From contig JANOQV010000241.1 in the NCBI GenBank assembly GCA_031414955.1, forward strand, positions 1 to 39,431: a DNA stretch of 39,431 nucleotides, in the 5' to 3' direction. Under the pieces are notes generated by a model. The model made no database searches, was not told the origin of the DNA, and saw only the letters and a list, made by a program, of their open reading frames with translations. Each line of letters begins with the position of its first letter. The stretch's first letter is position 1. This document shows, one piece after another, positions 16,406-27,703 of this stretch. Origin of the DNA: Pedosphaera sp. Its GTDB lineage: Bacteria > Verrucomicrobiota > Verrucomicrobiia > Limisphaerales > SIBH01. The translations under genes were made by a program, and so were the position numbers.

Positions 16406-17845
16406 CTAGGCGACGATGCCCTTCACCAAATCACCGGCGATGCCTGTCAGCCGTGCGTCGAGCCCCTGGAACTTCACCGTCAGCCGCTTGTGATCGATGC
16501 CGAGCAGGCGGAGCATCGTGGCGTGCAGGTCGTGGACGCTCACCACGTCTTCGACGGAGCGGTAGCCCAGCTCGTCGGTGTTGCCGAACATCGTGCCGGC
16601 CTTCACGCCGCCGCCGGCCAGGAAGACGGAGAAGGCGAGAATGTGATGGTCGCGCCCGCTGCCCTGGCTCATGGGCGTCCGCCCAAACTCGCCGCCCCAC
16701 AGGATGAGCGTGTCGTCGAGCAGGCCGCGCTGCTTCAAGTCCTTGATGAGCGCGGCGCTCGCCTGATCCGTGGCCTTCGCGGCCTTGGGCATTTCCTTCT
16801 CGATGTCGCCGTGATGATCCCACGCGCGGTGATAAAGCTGAATCATCCGCACGCCGCGCTCGGCGAGTCGGCGGGCCATGAGGCAGTTCGAGGCGAAGCT
16901 GCCGTCGCCCGGCTCCTTCACGCCGTACATTTCCAGCATCTCCTTCGGCTCGTTCTTGAAGTCCGTCAGTTCCGGCACGGAACTTTGCATGCGGAACGCG
17001 AGTTCGTACTGCGCGATGCGCGTCTGGATTTCCGGGTCGATGTGGTCCTCGGCCAGAATGCCGTTGAGGCGGTTGATTTCCTCGACGACCTGACGCTGCG
17101 TGCTCTGGCAGACGCCTTCGGGATTGCCGATGTAATGCACCGCGTCGCCCTTCGACTGAAATTGAATCCCTTGAAATTTGCTCGGCAGAATCCCGCTCGA
17201 CCATTGCCGCGCCGACACCGGCTGTGCGCCCGAACTGCCCTGCGACGTGAACACGACGAAGCCCGGCAGGTTGTCCGTCTCCGCGCCGAGTCCGTAGAGC
17301 AGCCACGAACCCATGCTGGGCCGGCCCTTGATGATCGAGCCGGTGTTCATGAAGGCGTGCGCCGGGTCGTGGTTGATCTGCTCCGTCTGCATCGACTTGA
17401 TCACGCACAGTTCGTCCGCCACTTCCTGCAAGTGCGGGAACAGGTTCGAGATCGAGATGCCCGACTTGCCGCACGGCTTGAATTCCGTGAACGCGCCGCG
17501 CGCCTTCAACTCTGTGTTCTGCAACTGCGCGAGCTGTTGTCCTTTGGTGAACGATTCGGGAAACGCCTTGCCATCAAGCTTCTTCAACTCCGGCTTCCAG
17601 TCGAACGTCTCCAGATGCGAAGGCCCGCCCGCCATGCAGAGGTGGATGACGCGCTTGGCCTTGGGCGCGAAGTGCAACGGGTTCAACACGCCGCGCCATT
17701 TGCCGGGAGCGGCTGGCTCGGCGGCGAAAATTCTTGGGTCCATCAGGCCGGCCAGCGCGAGTCCGCCGAGACCGTAGGCGGAGCGGCGCAGGAAGGTGCG
17801 GCGGTTGACGGAGAGGGCGAACTTTTGCAGGTCGAAGGGTTTCAT
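16406..17845 (-). CDS. DUF1501 protein (alkaline-phosphatase/sulfatase superfamily), Tat-exported
   Basis: NRRTFL Tat motif, KAKRVIHLCMAGGPSHLETFDWKP, WDHH, GEFGRTP, GRDH, HDLHAT. Start at ATG 17845; the upstream extension is translated repeat DNA. Confidence 0.93.
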   Translation of the reverse strand: MKPFDLQKFALSVNRRTFLRRSAYGLGGLALAGLMDPRIFAAEPAAPGKWRGVLNPLHFAPKAKRVIHLCMAGGPSHLETFDWKPELKKLDGKAFPESFTKGQQLAQLQNTELKARGAFTEFKPCGKSGISISNLFPHLQEVADELCVIKSMQTEQINHDPAHAFMNTGSIIKGRPSMGSWLLYGLGAETDNLPGFVVFTSQGSSGAQPVSARQWSSGILPSKFQGIQFQSKGDAVHYIGNPEGVCQSTQRQVVEEINRLNGILAEDHIDPEIQTRIAQYELAFRMQSSVPELTDFKNEPKEMLEMYGVKEPGDGSFASNCLMARRLAERGVRMIQLYHRAWDHHGDIEKEMPKAAKATDQASAALIKDLKQRGLLDDTLILWGGEFGRTPMSQGSGRDHHILAFSVFLAGGGVKAGTMFGNTDELGYRSVEDVVSVHDLHATMLRLLGIDHKRLTVKFQGLDARLTGIAGDLVKGIVA

Positions 17846-17867
17846 GGTGAGGAGGGCGGAGGGGGAA

Positions 17868-17922
17868 AAGATCCAAGAACCAAGCACCAAGCTCCAGAGA
17901 AACACCAAGCACCAAGATCCAA
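17868..17922 (+). repeat. 55-bp heptamer module A (inverted relative to B and C)
   Basis: AAGATCC AAGAACC AAGCACC AAGCTCC AGAGAAACACC AAGCACC AAGATCC AA. Confidence 0.9.
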
Positions 17923-17957
17923 CCAGCGTCCGGAGACGCTCGCACGTCCGCCGCATA

Positions 17958-18012
17958 TTGGAGCTTGGCGTTTGGATCTTCTCTGGAGCTTGGCTCTTGG
18001 AGCTTGGAGCTT
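17958..18012 (-). repeat. 55-bp heptamer module B
   Basis: Minus strand reads AAGCTCC AAGCTCC AAGAGCC AAGCTCC AGAGAAGATCC AAACGCC AAGCTCC AA. Two more degenerate units extend to about 18026. Confidence 0.9.
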
Positions 18013-18025
18013 CATTCTTGGTTCT

Positions 18026-18532
18026 TCATTTTCGGTACATGCTGGCAAAGATGAGCAGCAACTCGTTGGCCTCGCGATACAGCTCCCTCGCCTCCGGTGC
18101 GAGCTTCGGTTCTGACGCCGCCACCATGCGCAGGAAGAAGCGCGTTTCCTTCGCCTCCTTCACGCAGCGGCTGATGGGATGACGGAAATCCTTTTTGGAG
18201 ACGCCTTCGTTGGCCTCGCAGTAGTTGGCCCCGATGCTCGTGCTGCAACCGACCAGTTGATCCACCAGCCGGTTGTTTTCCGGAAAGCTGACGCCGCGCG
18301 GAATTTTTTTCACGAACCGGATGACGCGTTCGCCGAACCGCGCCGCGCGCTCCTCCAAGTCAAATGGATGAAGCGATGCCTTCCTCGGCGGCTCGTCCTT
18401 CAAGATCAGCCCGTTCAAGCTCTCCTCTGGCACACTCTTGATCGAATGCCATCCTTCCGACAGCGACACCGGTTGGTTCTTGGAGCTTGGAACTTCTCTG
18501 GTGCTTGGATCTTGGAGCTTGGATCTTTTCAT
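18026..18532 (-). CDS. Four-helix-bundle protein (23S rRNA IVP / bAvd-like family)
   Basis: DLEER..F, QLVGCSTSIGANYCEANEGVSKKDF, KEAKETRFFL, EANELLLIF. ATG 18532 lies just after the DUF1553 stop. The N-terminus is encoded by heptamer module C. Confidence 0.88.
   Translation of the reverse strand: MKRSKLQDPSTREVPSSKNQPVSLSEGWHSIKSVPEESLNGLILKDEPPRKASLHPFDLEERAARFGERVIRFVKKIPRGVSFPENNRLVDQLVGCSTSIGANYCEANEGVSKKDFRHPISRCVKEAKETRFFLRMVAASEPKLAPEARELYREANELLLIFASMYRK
18473..18527 (-). repeat. 55-bp heptamer module C (inside the 5' end of the four-helix-bundle gene)
   Basis: Minus strand reads AAGATCC AAGCTCC AAGATCC AAGCACC AGAGAAGTTCC AAGCTCC AAGAACC AA. Confidence 0.9.
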
Positions 18533-18534
18533 CT

Positions 18535-21702
<3,168 letters not shown>

Positions 21703-21853
21703 TGGAAGTTTTGATGCTGGCCTCGATCCGGGTATTTCACAAGAATAGTGTTAATCGTGGCGGAAGTTATTTGACCAAATTGCGCGTTTGCCATCGCTCA
21801 TACAAATCCAACCTGGGGCGGTGTCATTCAGTTAGGAATCGAATACTGCTGTT

Positions 21854-23308
21854 ATGAAGAAATCTGACAAGGCCCCATCTGCAAACACCGCGAGTGCGCC
21901 GCGCCCGGCGATTCGGCCCTGGCTCGTGCTCGGCGCTTGCATGCTGTTGCTGTGCGTCATGGCCGGTCTGGTATTCCTGCTGCGCCAAACGCCCGGCGGT
22001 GTCGGAGTCCAGCCCGGGGCAAATCCTCCGGCGACCGTGTCCCCGGATGTTTCTTCCACCAATCCTCCCCGTCGTTTCGGCACCGCCTTCCCGACGCGAG
22101 CCGAAGCCACCAACGCCGCCAACTCCGAGGAGATCGTCGCCGCGAAATTGATCCGCTTCGCCGCCAATCGGAGAGCGTTGCTGCGCGCCTACGCGGTCGA
22201 GTTGAAGGTGGCGGTGCCCGCTGATTACGAGAAATTCTTTGACCTCGCCGAAGCTGGGAACTGGGCGGACCTGCACGCGCTGTTCCTGGATTTGAAGGAG
22301 CGGCGGCAGGGCGGCGAACTGGAAACCATCGAGCAAACCAGGCTTTGGACCGCCCTCTTCGATACCCACGGCGTGGCCGAGATCGCGCATGATTGGCCCG
22401 CGCAGCAGTTGCTGGACTATGGGCATTCCGTGGTTGGCGCGTTGCGGCCGGGGATGATTTATCTCGGCGGCACCGACGCCGGGCGATTCATCCCCACGCT
22501 GCTGAATGAAACTGACGGCGGCGAACGGCATGTGGTGCTGACGCAGAACGCCCTGGCCGATTCCAGCTACCTGCAATTCGCTGCCTTCCTCTACCGCGAT
22601 CAGCTCAACGCGCTCACGGCCACAGATTCCGAGCAGGCGTTCAAAGGCTACATGGACGACGCTCAGAAACGCCTCCAGCACGACCAGGATTTCCCCAACG
22701 AGCCCAAGCAAATCCGACCCGGAGAAGACGTGCGCATGATCGATGGCAAAGTTCAGGCGAGTGGACAGGTCGCCGTCATGGCCATCAACGAAAGGTTGGT
22801 CCAGGCGTTGATGGGGAAAAATCCCGATGCGTCCTTTGCGATGGAAGAATCCTTCCCGTTCAATTCCGCTTACGCCCAAGCGGCGCCGCTCGGGCCTCTC
22901 CTTGAATTGCGCGCCAGCGAAGCTGCGGCCGGTATCAGCCCCGAGCGCGCCGCGCTGTCCGCTGAGTACTGGCGCACTACCATGCAACAGTTGCTGGCCA
23001 ACGGGGGCGAAGCCCTTCCCTCTGAGACACGCGATGCATATTCCAAAATGCTTTCAGCCCAGGCGGGGTTGCTGGCCTCCCGGCAGCGCGCCGCAGAGGC
23101 CGAACAGATTTTTCGCCTGGCCGCCGATCTCACGCCGTCGCATCCCGAACTGGTCTTCCGCCTCGTTGAACTGCTGGTGCGACAACAGCGCGTCGGGGAC
23201 GCCATCGACATCGTACAACGGGCGGCGGCCAATGATTCAAAGGCGAACGACCCATTCCAGAACCTGCTGGTGCAACTCCAGCGAATGAAAGCCCAGAGGG
23301 TGAATTGA
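21854..23308 (+). CDS. Single-TM protein paralogous to the C-terminal soluble domain of the DUF2723 protein, with TPR-like tail
   Basis: One N-terminal TM helix. Shares GGTDxGRF, TQNALAD, RPGEDVR, KVQxSGQVAVMAIN and EESFP with the 30017-33745 product. Confidence 0.85.
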   Translation: MKKSDKAPSANTASAPRPAIRPWLVLGACMLLLCVMAGLVFLLRQTPGGVGVQPGANPPATVSPDVSSTNPPRRFGTAFPTRAEATNAANSEEIVAAKLIRFAANRRALLRAYAVELKVAVPADYEKFFDLAEAGNWADLHALFLDLKERRQGGELETIEQTRLWTALFDTHGVAEIAHDWPAQQLLDYGHSVVGALRPGMIYLGGTDAGRFIPTLLNETDGGERHVVLTQNALADSSYLQFAAFLYRDQLNALTATDSEQAFKGYMDDAQKRLQHDQDFPNEPKQIRPGEDVRMIDGKVQASGQVAVMAINERLVQALMGKNPDASFAMEESFPFNSAYAQAAPLGPLLELRASEAAAGISPERAALSAEYWRTTMQQLLANGGEALPSETRDAYSKMLSAQAGLLASRQRAAEAEQIFRLAADLTPSHPELVFRLVELLVRQQRVGDAIDIVQRAAANDSKANDPFQNLLVQLQRMKAQRVN

Positions 23309-23401
23309 ACGGTGGCCTTCAGTCTCAGCCGCACCTCCGGTGCGGAGGCACGTCGATGGACTGCCCGGCCGCCCGGGCTGCTCCCCACGCCGGTTCACCG
23401 C

Positions 23402-24550
23402 TCAATACTTCGGCACGTTGTGGTCGACTTCGTCAGACCACGCGCTGATGCCGCCTTTGACACTCTTCAGGTATTTGAATCCTTGCTCGCGTAGGAAGCT
23501 CAACGCCTTCAGGGAGCGCACGCCGCTTTTGCAGTGGATGTAATACTGGGTGTTTGGATCGAGCGCGGTGAATTTTTGCGGCAACGTGCTGAGCGGCACG
23601 AGCGGCACGCCGTTGATGCGCGCGATCTGCTGCTCGTCGGCTTCGCGCACATCGATGACCTTGATCTGGAGCGAGGCATCGTCGAGGGCGCGCTTCATTT
23701 CCTGCACCGTCACCTCGTCGGGATTGCCGTTGGCCACGACCGGCTGGGGCTGGATGCCGCAGAACATTTCGTAGTCGATGAGTTCCTTGATGGTCGGCTT
23801 GTCTCCACAGAGGGGGCAGGCGGGATCGCGGCGGAGCTTGAGCTCGCGGAACTTCATGTCCAGCGCGTTGAAGAGCAGCAGGCGGCCGACGAGCGAACTG
23901 CCCTTGCCCAGGGCGAGCTTCAGAATTTCGGTGGCCTGGATGCACCCAACGATGCCAGGCAGCACGCCCAGCACGCCACCTTCGGCGCAACTCGGGACCA
24001 TACCGGGCGGCGGCGGTTCCGGGTACAGGCAGCGGTAGCACGGGCCGCCGAGATGCGGGGCGAAGACGCTGGCCTGGCCTTCGAAGCGGAAGATGGAGCC
24101 ATAGACGTTGGCCTTCTTAAGCAGCACGCAGGCATCATTGGTCAGGTAGCGGGTGGGAAAATTATCCGTGCCGTCCACCACGATGTCGTAGGGGCGGATG
24201 ATGTCCATGGCGTTCTCGGAGGAGATGCGCTCGTTGTGAATGACCACTTCGACGTTCGGGTTGATGTTCTTGATCGTGTCCCGCGCGGATTCCGTCTTAG
24301 GGCGTCCGACGTCGGGAGTGCCGTGGGCGATCTGGCGCTGGAGGTTGGAGAAATCCACCACATCGAAGTCGAGCACGCCGATTTTTCCGATGCCGGCGGC
24401 GGCCAGGTACATGATGATGGGCGAGCCTAGACCGCCCGCGCCGATGCACAAAACACTGGTTGAGCAGATTTTCTTTTGCCCGGCCATTCCCACTTCCGGC
24501 AGAATGAGGTGGCGCGAGTAGCGGCGAATTTCGTCGTTGTTCAGTTCCAT
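23402..24550 (-). CDS. moeB: MoeB/MoeZ adenylyltransferase with C-terminal rhodanese domain
   Basis: RYSRHL, GAGGLGS, SNLQRQ, DGTDNF, CYRC and CPLC zinc motifs, rhodanese loop HCKSGVRS. Confidence 0.95.
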   Translation of the reverse strand: MELNNDEIRRYSRHLILPEVGMAGQKKICSTSVLCIGAGGLGSPIIMYLAAAGIGKIGVLDFDVVDFSNLQRQIAHGTPDVGRPKTESARDTIKNINPNVEVVIHNERISSENAMDIIRPYDIVVDGTDNFPTRYLTNDACVLLKKANVYGSIFRFEGQASVFAPHLGGPCYRCLYPEPPPPGMVPSCAEGGVLGVLPGIVGCIQATEILKLALGKGSSLVGRLLLFNALDMKFRELKLRRDPACPLCGDKPTIKELIDYEMFCGIQPQPVVANGNPDEVTVQEMKRALDDASLQIKVIDVREADEQQIARINGVPLVPLSTLPQKFTALDPNTQYYIHCKSGVRSLKALSFLREQGFKYLKSVKGGISAWSDEVDHNVPKY

Positions 24551-24704
24551 AAAAAGAAAGCGGGCGGGAGCGTAAGTCAGGTGAAAGGGAAATCAAGACT
24601 GAGGGTGGGAACAGACACGGTGCGGGCGGAAAGTGAAAGCGGCCCGGTTCCGCCGCATGCGTATGCCCGTCGGCATATTGCATCCTGGACCCGATAGCAC
24701 AGGT

Positions 24705-25556
24705 ATGGAGCATACGAAACAAACTCTGGGCGGCGTTCACGCCGGGCCAACTCCGATGGAGGCGGCCAATCTCATCCTGAAAAAGTCGAAGTTGCGCCCG
24801 GCCTTGGGCGTGGTGCTGGGGAGCGGCTTTGGCGCGGTCCTGTCGAAATGCACCGTGGTCTATGAGATTGCCTATTCCGCCATCCCGGGGTTTCCACGCT
24901 TGAGCGTCGCGGGGCATGAGGGGAAACTCGCCCTGTGTTTTCTCGCCAAGACGCCCATCTTGATGCTGTCCGGGCGGGCGCATTATTACGAAGGGCATTC
25001 GATGGAGGTGGTCACGTTCGCGATGCGGGTGCTGGCGGCGCTCGGGATCAAGGCGGTGCTGCTCACGAATGCGGCGGGCGGCATCTCCTCGAAACTCAAG
25101 CAGGGTGACTTCATGGCGGTCACGGATCACATCAATCTCATGGGGGCAAACCCCTTGCGGGGCGGGGCGGCGGCCGACCATCGCTTTGTCGATTTGTCGG
25201 ACGTGTACGATTTGGAACTGGTGCGCTTCTTGAAGAAGGCGGCGGCCAAGGCCAAGGCGCGGCTGGCTACGGGCGTTTATCTGGCGGTCTCTGGTCCGAG
25301 CTACGAGACGCCGGCGGAGATTCGGGCCTTCGCCAAATTGGGCGCGGACGCGGTGGGCATGAGCACCGTGCCGGAGGCCATCGTCGCCCGGCAATGCGGA
25401 CTGCGGGTGGCGGGGTTGTCCTGCATCACCAATCTGGCGGCCGGACGCAGCAAGGCTAAACTTTCGCATCGGGAAGTGCTCGCCGCCGGGGAGGCGGCCA
25501 AGCCCTCCGCCGGGTTGCTGCTCGAACACTTCGCGGAACTTTATGGCCGCTCCTGA
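24705..25556 (+). CDS. punA: Purine-nucleoside phosphorylase (trimeric PunA/XapA type)
   Basis: VVLGSG, VAGHEG, GRAHYYEG, TNAAGG, GPSYETPAE, VGMSTVPE. Start uncertain (24705 or 24756). Confidence 0.92.
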   Translation: MEHTKQTLGGVHAGPTPMEAANLILKKSKLRPALGVVLGSGFGAVLSKCTVVYEIAYSAIPGFPRLSVAGHEGKLALCFLAKTPILMLSGRAHYYEGHSMEVVTFAMRVLAALGIKAVLLTNAAGGISSKLKQGDFMAVTDHINLMGANPLRGGAAADHRFVDLSDVYDLELVRFLKKAAAKAKARLATGVYLAVSGPSYETPAEIRAFAKLGADAVGMSTVPEAIVARQCGLRVAGLSCITNLAAGRSKAKLSHREVLAAGEAAKPSAGLLLEHFAELYGRS

Positions 25557-25959
25557 ACAAGCCCGGTTGATCCGGTCGGCCTTGGCGGCGCGGCGCCGGG
25601 CGGTGGCCCCCTATTCGAGGTTCGCGGTCGGCGCGGCTCTCCTGACCAAAGGCGGGAAGATTGTCTCCGGGGCGAACGTGGAAAGCGCCAGCTACGGGCT
25701 GACCTGTTGCGCGGAACGGGTCGCGTTGTTCAAGGCTTTGACCGCCGGGGAAAAGAACTTTGTTGCCGTCGCCGTGGTCGCGGCCATGGATCGCGGCCCG
25801 ACGCCCTGCGGGGCCTGCCGGCAATTGCTGGCGGAGTACGCGCCGCACGCCAAAGTTTGGATCGCCGATGCCCGCCGCCCGAGCCAGGTGCGGGAATTCA
25901 CCGTCACCGGGCTTTTGCCCGAGCACTTTTTACTTTTGCCCAAAATTACCGATGGATAG
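25543..25959 (+). CDS. cdd: Cytidine deaminase (homotetrameric type)
   Basis: APYSRFAVGAA, GANVE, CAER, PCGACRQ. Overlaps the PNP stop. Confidence 0.93.
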   Translation: MAAPEQARLIRSALAARRRAVAPYSRFAVGAALLTKGGKIVSGANVESASYGLTCCAERVALFKALTAGEKNFVAVAVVAAMDRGPTPCGACRQLLAEYAPHAKVWIADARRPSQVREFTVTGLLPEHFLLLPKITDG

Positions 25960-25992
25960 GGCGATGATGGAACGGAAGTTCATCCGCTAAAC

Positions 25993-27501
25993 ATGTCGGT
26001 AACTATGGAAGAATTTTCGGCGCTGGACGCCGCCACCTGGCCGGTCTTTTTAGTCGATGGTTCGGCGCAAGTGCGCAGGCCGAATGCCGCCGCCACGACT
26101 GTCTTCGGCCAGAAAATCGAGGGCGATGCCACTCCGCTCGCGACCCTCTGGACGAATGAGAATGGTGGCAGCTCCAGCGCCTTCCTGGAAAAAGTCCGTG
26201 CCGCGCGCGGTCTGACCGCGCTTCTCAAGCTTCGCGGCAAAGGCATCACCATTTTGTCTTTCCAGGCCAGCGTCTGCGCCGTGCCGGGCGAATCGCAGCC
26301 GTGCTACCTCTTCCAACTTTTTCCCGCCGCCGCGAGTGCTCCGCGCCCCGAGGGCAAATCCCAATCGGTGGAAATCAATCTCTCGCAAAAGCAGAAGCTC
26401 GATTGCGCGCTTCAGTTGACCCGCACCGTGGCCCTCGATTTCAACAACACGCTCACCGCGATCCTCGGCCACTCCACCCACCTCCTGGCCCGCGCCGAGC
26501 CGGATCACCCCTGGCGGCGTTCACTGGTCGAAATCGAAAAAGCGGCTGAACATGCCGCCGAAGTGGCGAACCAACTGGCCGCGTTCAGTTCCGAGCAAAA
26601 AGATGCGCTGATCCAGACCGCCGGCAACCTCAACCAGCTTCTGCGCCGGTCCGTGGAGCTGTTCCAGACGCCCCAACACAACTCCATCGCCTGGTCGCTG
26701 CAATTCGAACCCAAGCTTTTTACCGTCAACCATGACGAAGCCAAGATGCAGCAGGCTCTGGTCAAGATTCTGGAAAACGCCGTTCAAGCCACCACGGCGG
26801 ATGGGCGCATCTCCATCGTCACGCGCAACCTGGAACTGAGCGCTCCCACGCAGGATCGCACCGCGCATCTCGCTCCGGGCACATACGTCTGCGTCGAGTT
26901 TACGGACAACGGCTGTGGCATCGAGCCGGCCGTGCTCCCGCGCGTCTTTGAGCCGTTCTTCACCACCAAGTATGGCCATCGCGGTCTCGGGCTGGCCTGG
27001 GTCTATGGCATCGTGACCAACCACGGCGGCGGCGTCGCCATCTCCAGCCAGTTGGGGCAGGGCGCGTCGGTGCGGGTGTATCTGCCGGCCATGCGCAAGG
27101 TGATCGAGGAACGTCTCATTAACGACGACCAGCTCGACGGCGCCGAAACCGTGCTGGTGGTCGATGACGAGGAAATGGTGCTGACCATGTCCGAAATGGT
27201 TTTGAAATCGCGCGGCTACCGTGTGCTCACCGCGAACAGCGGCGAGAAGGCAGTGCAAATGTTCCACGACACCAAATCCCTCATCGACCTGCTCGTGACC
27301 GACATGGTCATGCCCAAGATGAACGGGCGTGAACTGGTGGAGAAGGTCCGCATCCTCTCTCCGGCCACACGCATCGTTTGCGCCACTGCTTGCCATCGCT
27401 CCGCGTTCATGGAGCAGCGGCTCGACTTCCTGTCCAAGCCCTTCACCGCGCAACAGCTCCTGCGCAAGGTCAGGGAGTCGATGACGACACCGACGCCCTG
27501 A
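25993..27501 (+). CDS. CckA-like hybrid sensor kinase / receiver with degenerate H-box
   Basis: PAS-like N-terminus, VALDFNN in place of AHDFNN, ENA, DNGCG, FEPFFTTK, GLGL, receiver domain VVDDEE...TDMVMP...KPF. Confidence 0.88.
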   Translation: MSVTMEEFSALDAATWPVFLVDGSAQVRRPNAAATTVFGQKIEGDATPLATLWTNENGGSSSAFLEKVRAARGLTALLKLRGKGITILSFQASVCAVPGESQPCYLFQLFPAAASAPRPEGKSQSVEINLSQKQKLDCALQLTRTVALDFNNTLTAILGHSTHLLARAEPDHPWRRSLVEIEKAAEHAAEVANQLAAFSSEQKDALIQTAGNLNQLLRRSVELFQTPQHNSIAWSLQFEPKLFTVNHDEAKMQQALVKILENAVQATTADGRISIVTRNLELSAPTQDRTAHLAPGTYVCVEFTDNGCGIEPAVLPRVFEPFFTTKYGHRGLGLAWVYGIVTNHGGGVAISSQLGQGASVRVYLPAMRKVIEERLINDDQLDGAETVLVVDDEEMVLTMSEMVLKSRGYRVLTANSGEKAVQMFHDTKSLIDLLVTDMVMPKMNGRELVEKVRILSPATRIVCATACHRSAFMEQRLDFLSKPFTAQQLLRKVRESMTTPTP

Positions 27502-27703
27502 TTCAGGCCGAAGAAAAGTACGGGTTGCATCCGGGCTGATGCCGGGGTTGGGGTGAGGCGAGGTGGGAAATCAAAGTGTCGGATACGTCTCTTGCATCCC
27601 AAGCCTCCGGCCAGCGGCTTCTCATCATCCCATCCGCAGGACTGCCACCGGCTGATTCGCTTTGGGTTTCCCAAAAGCCTCCTTCCGTTTACGCTCGGGC
27701 GTG

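Noticed and set aside
16295..18115. 606-aa plus-strand ORF
   Set aside because: Antisense to DUF1501 and reads through the heptamer modules.
17868..18532. 23S rRNA intervening sequence
   Set aside because: No rRNA sequence flanks the gene; it lies between protein-coding genes.
27590..27665. c-di-GMP-I riboswitch (AAGCCTCCGGCC resemblance) upstream of the ATPase
   Set aside because: The GGCAAACC / GAAA-tetraloop P2 and GACGCAAAG elements are absent.
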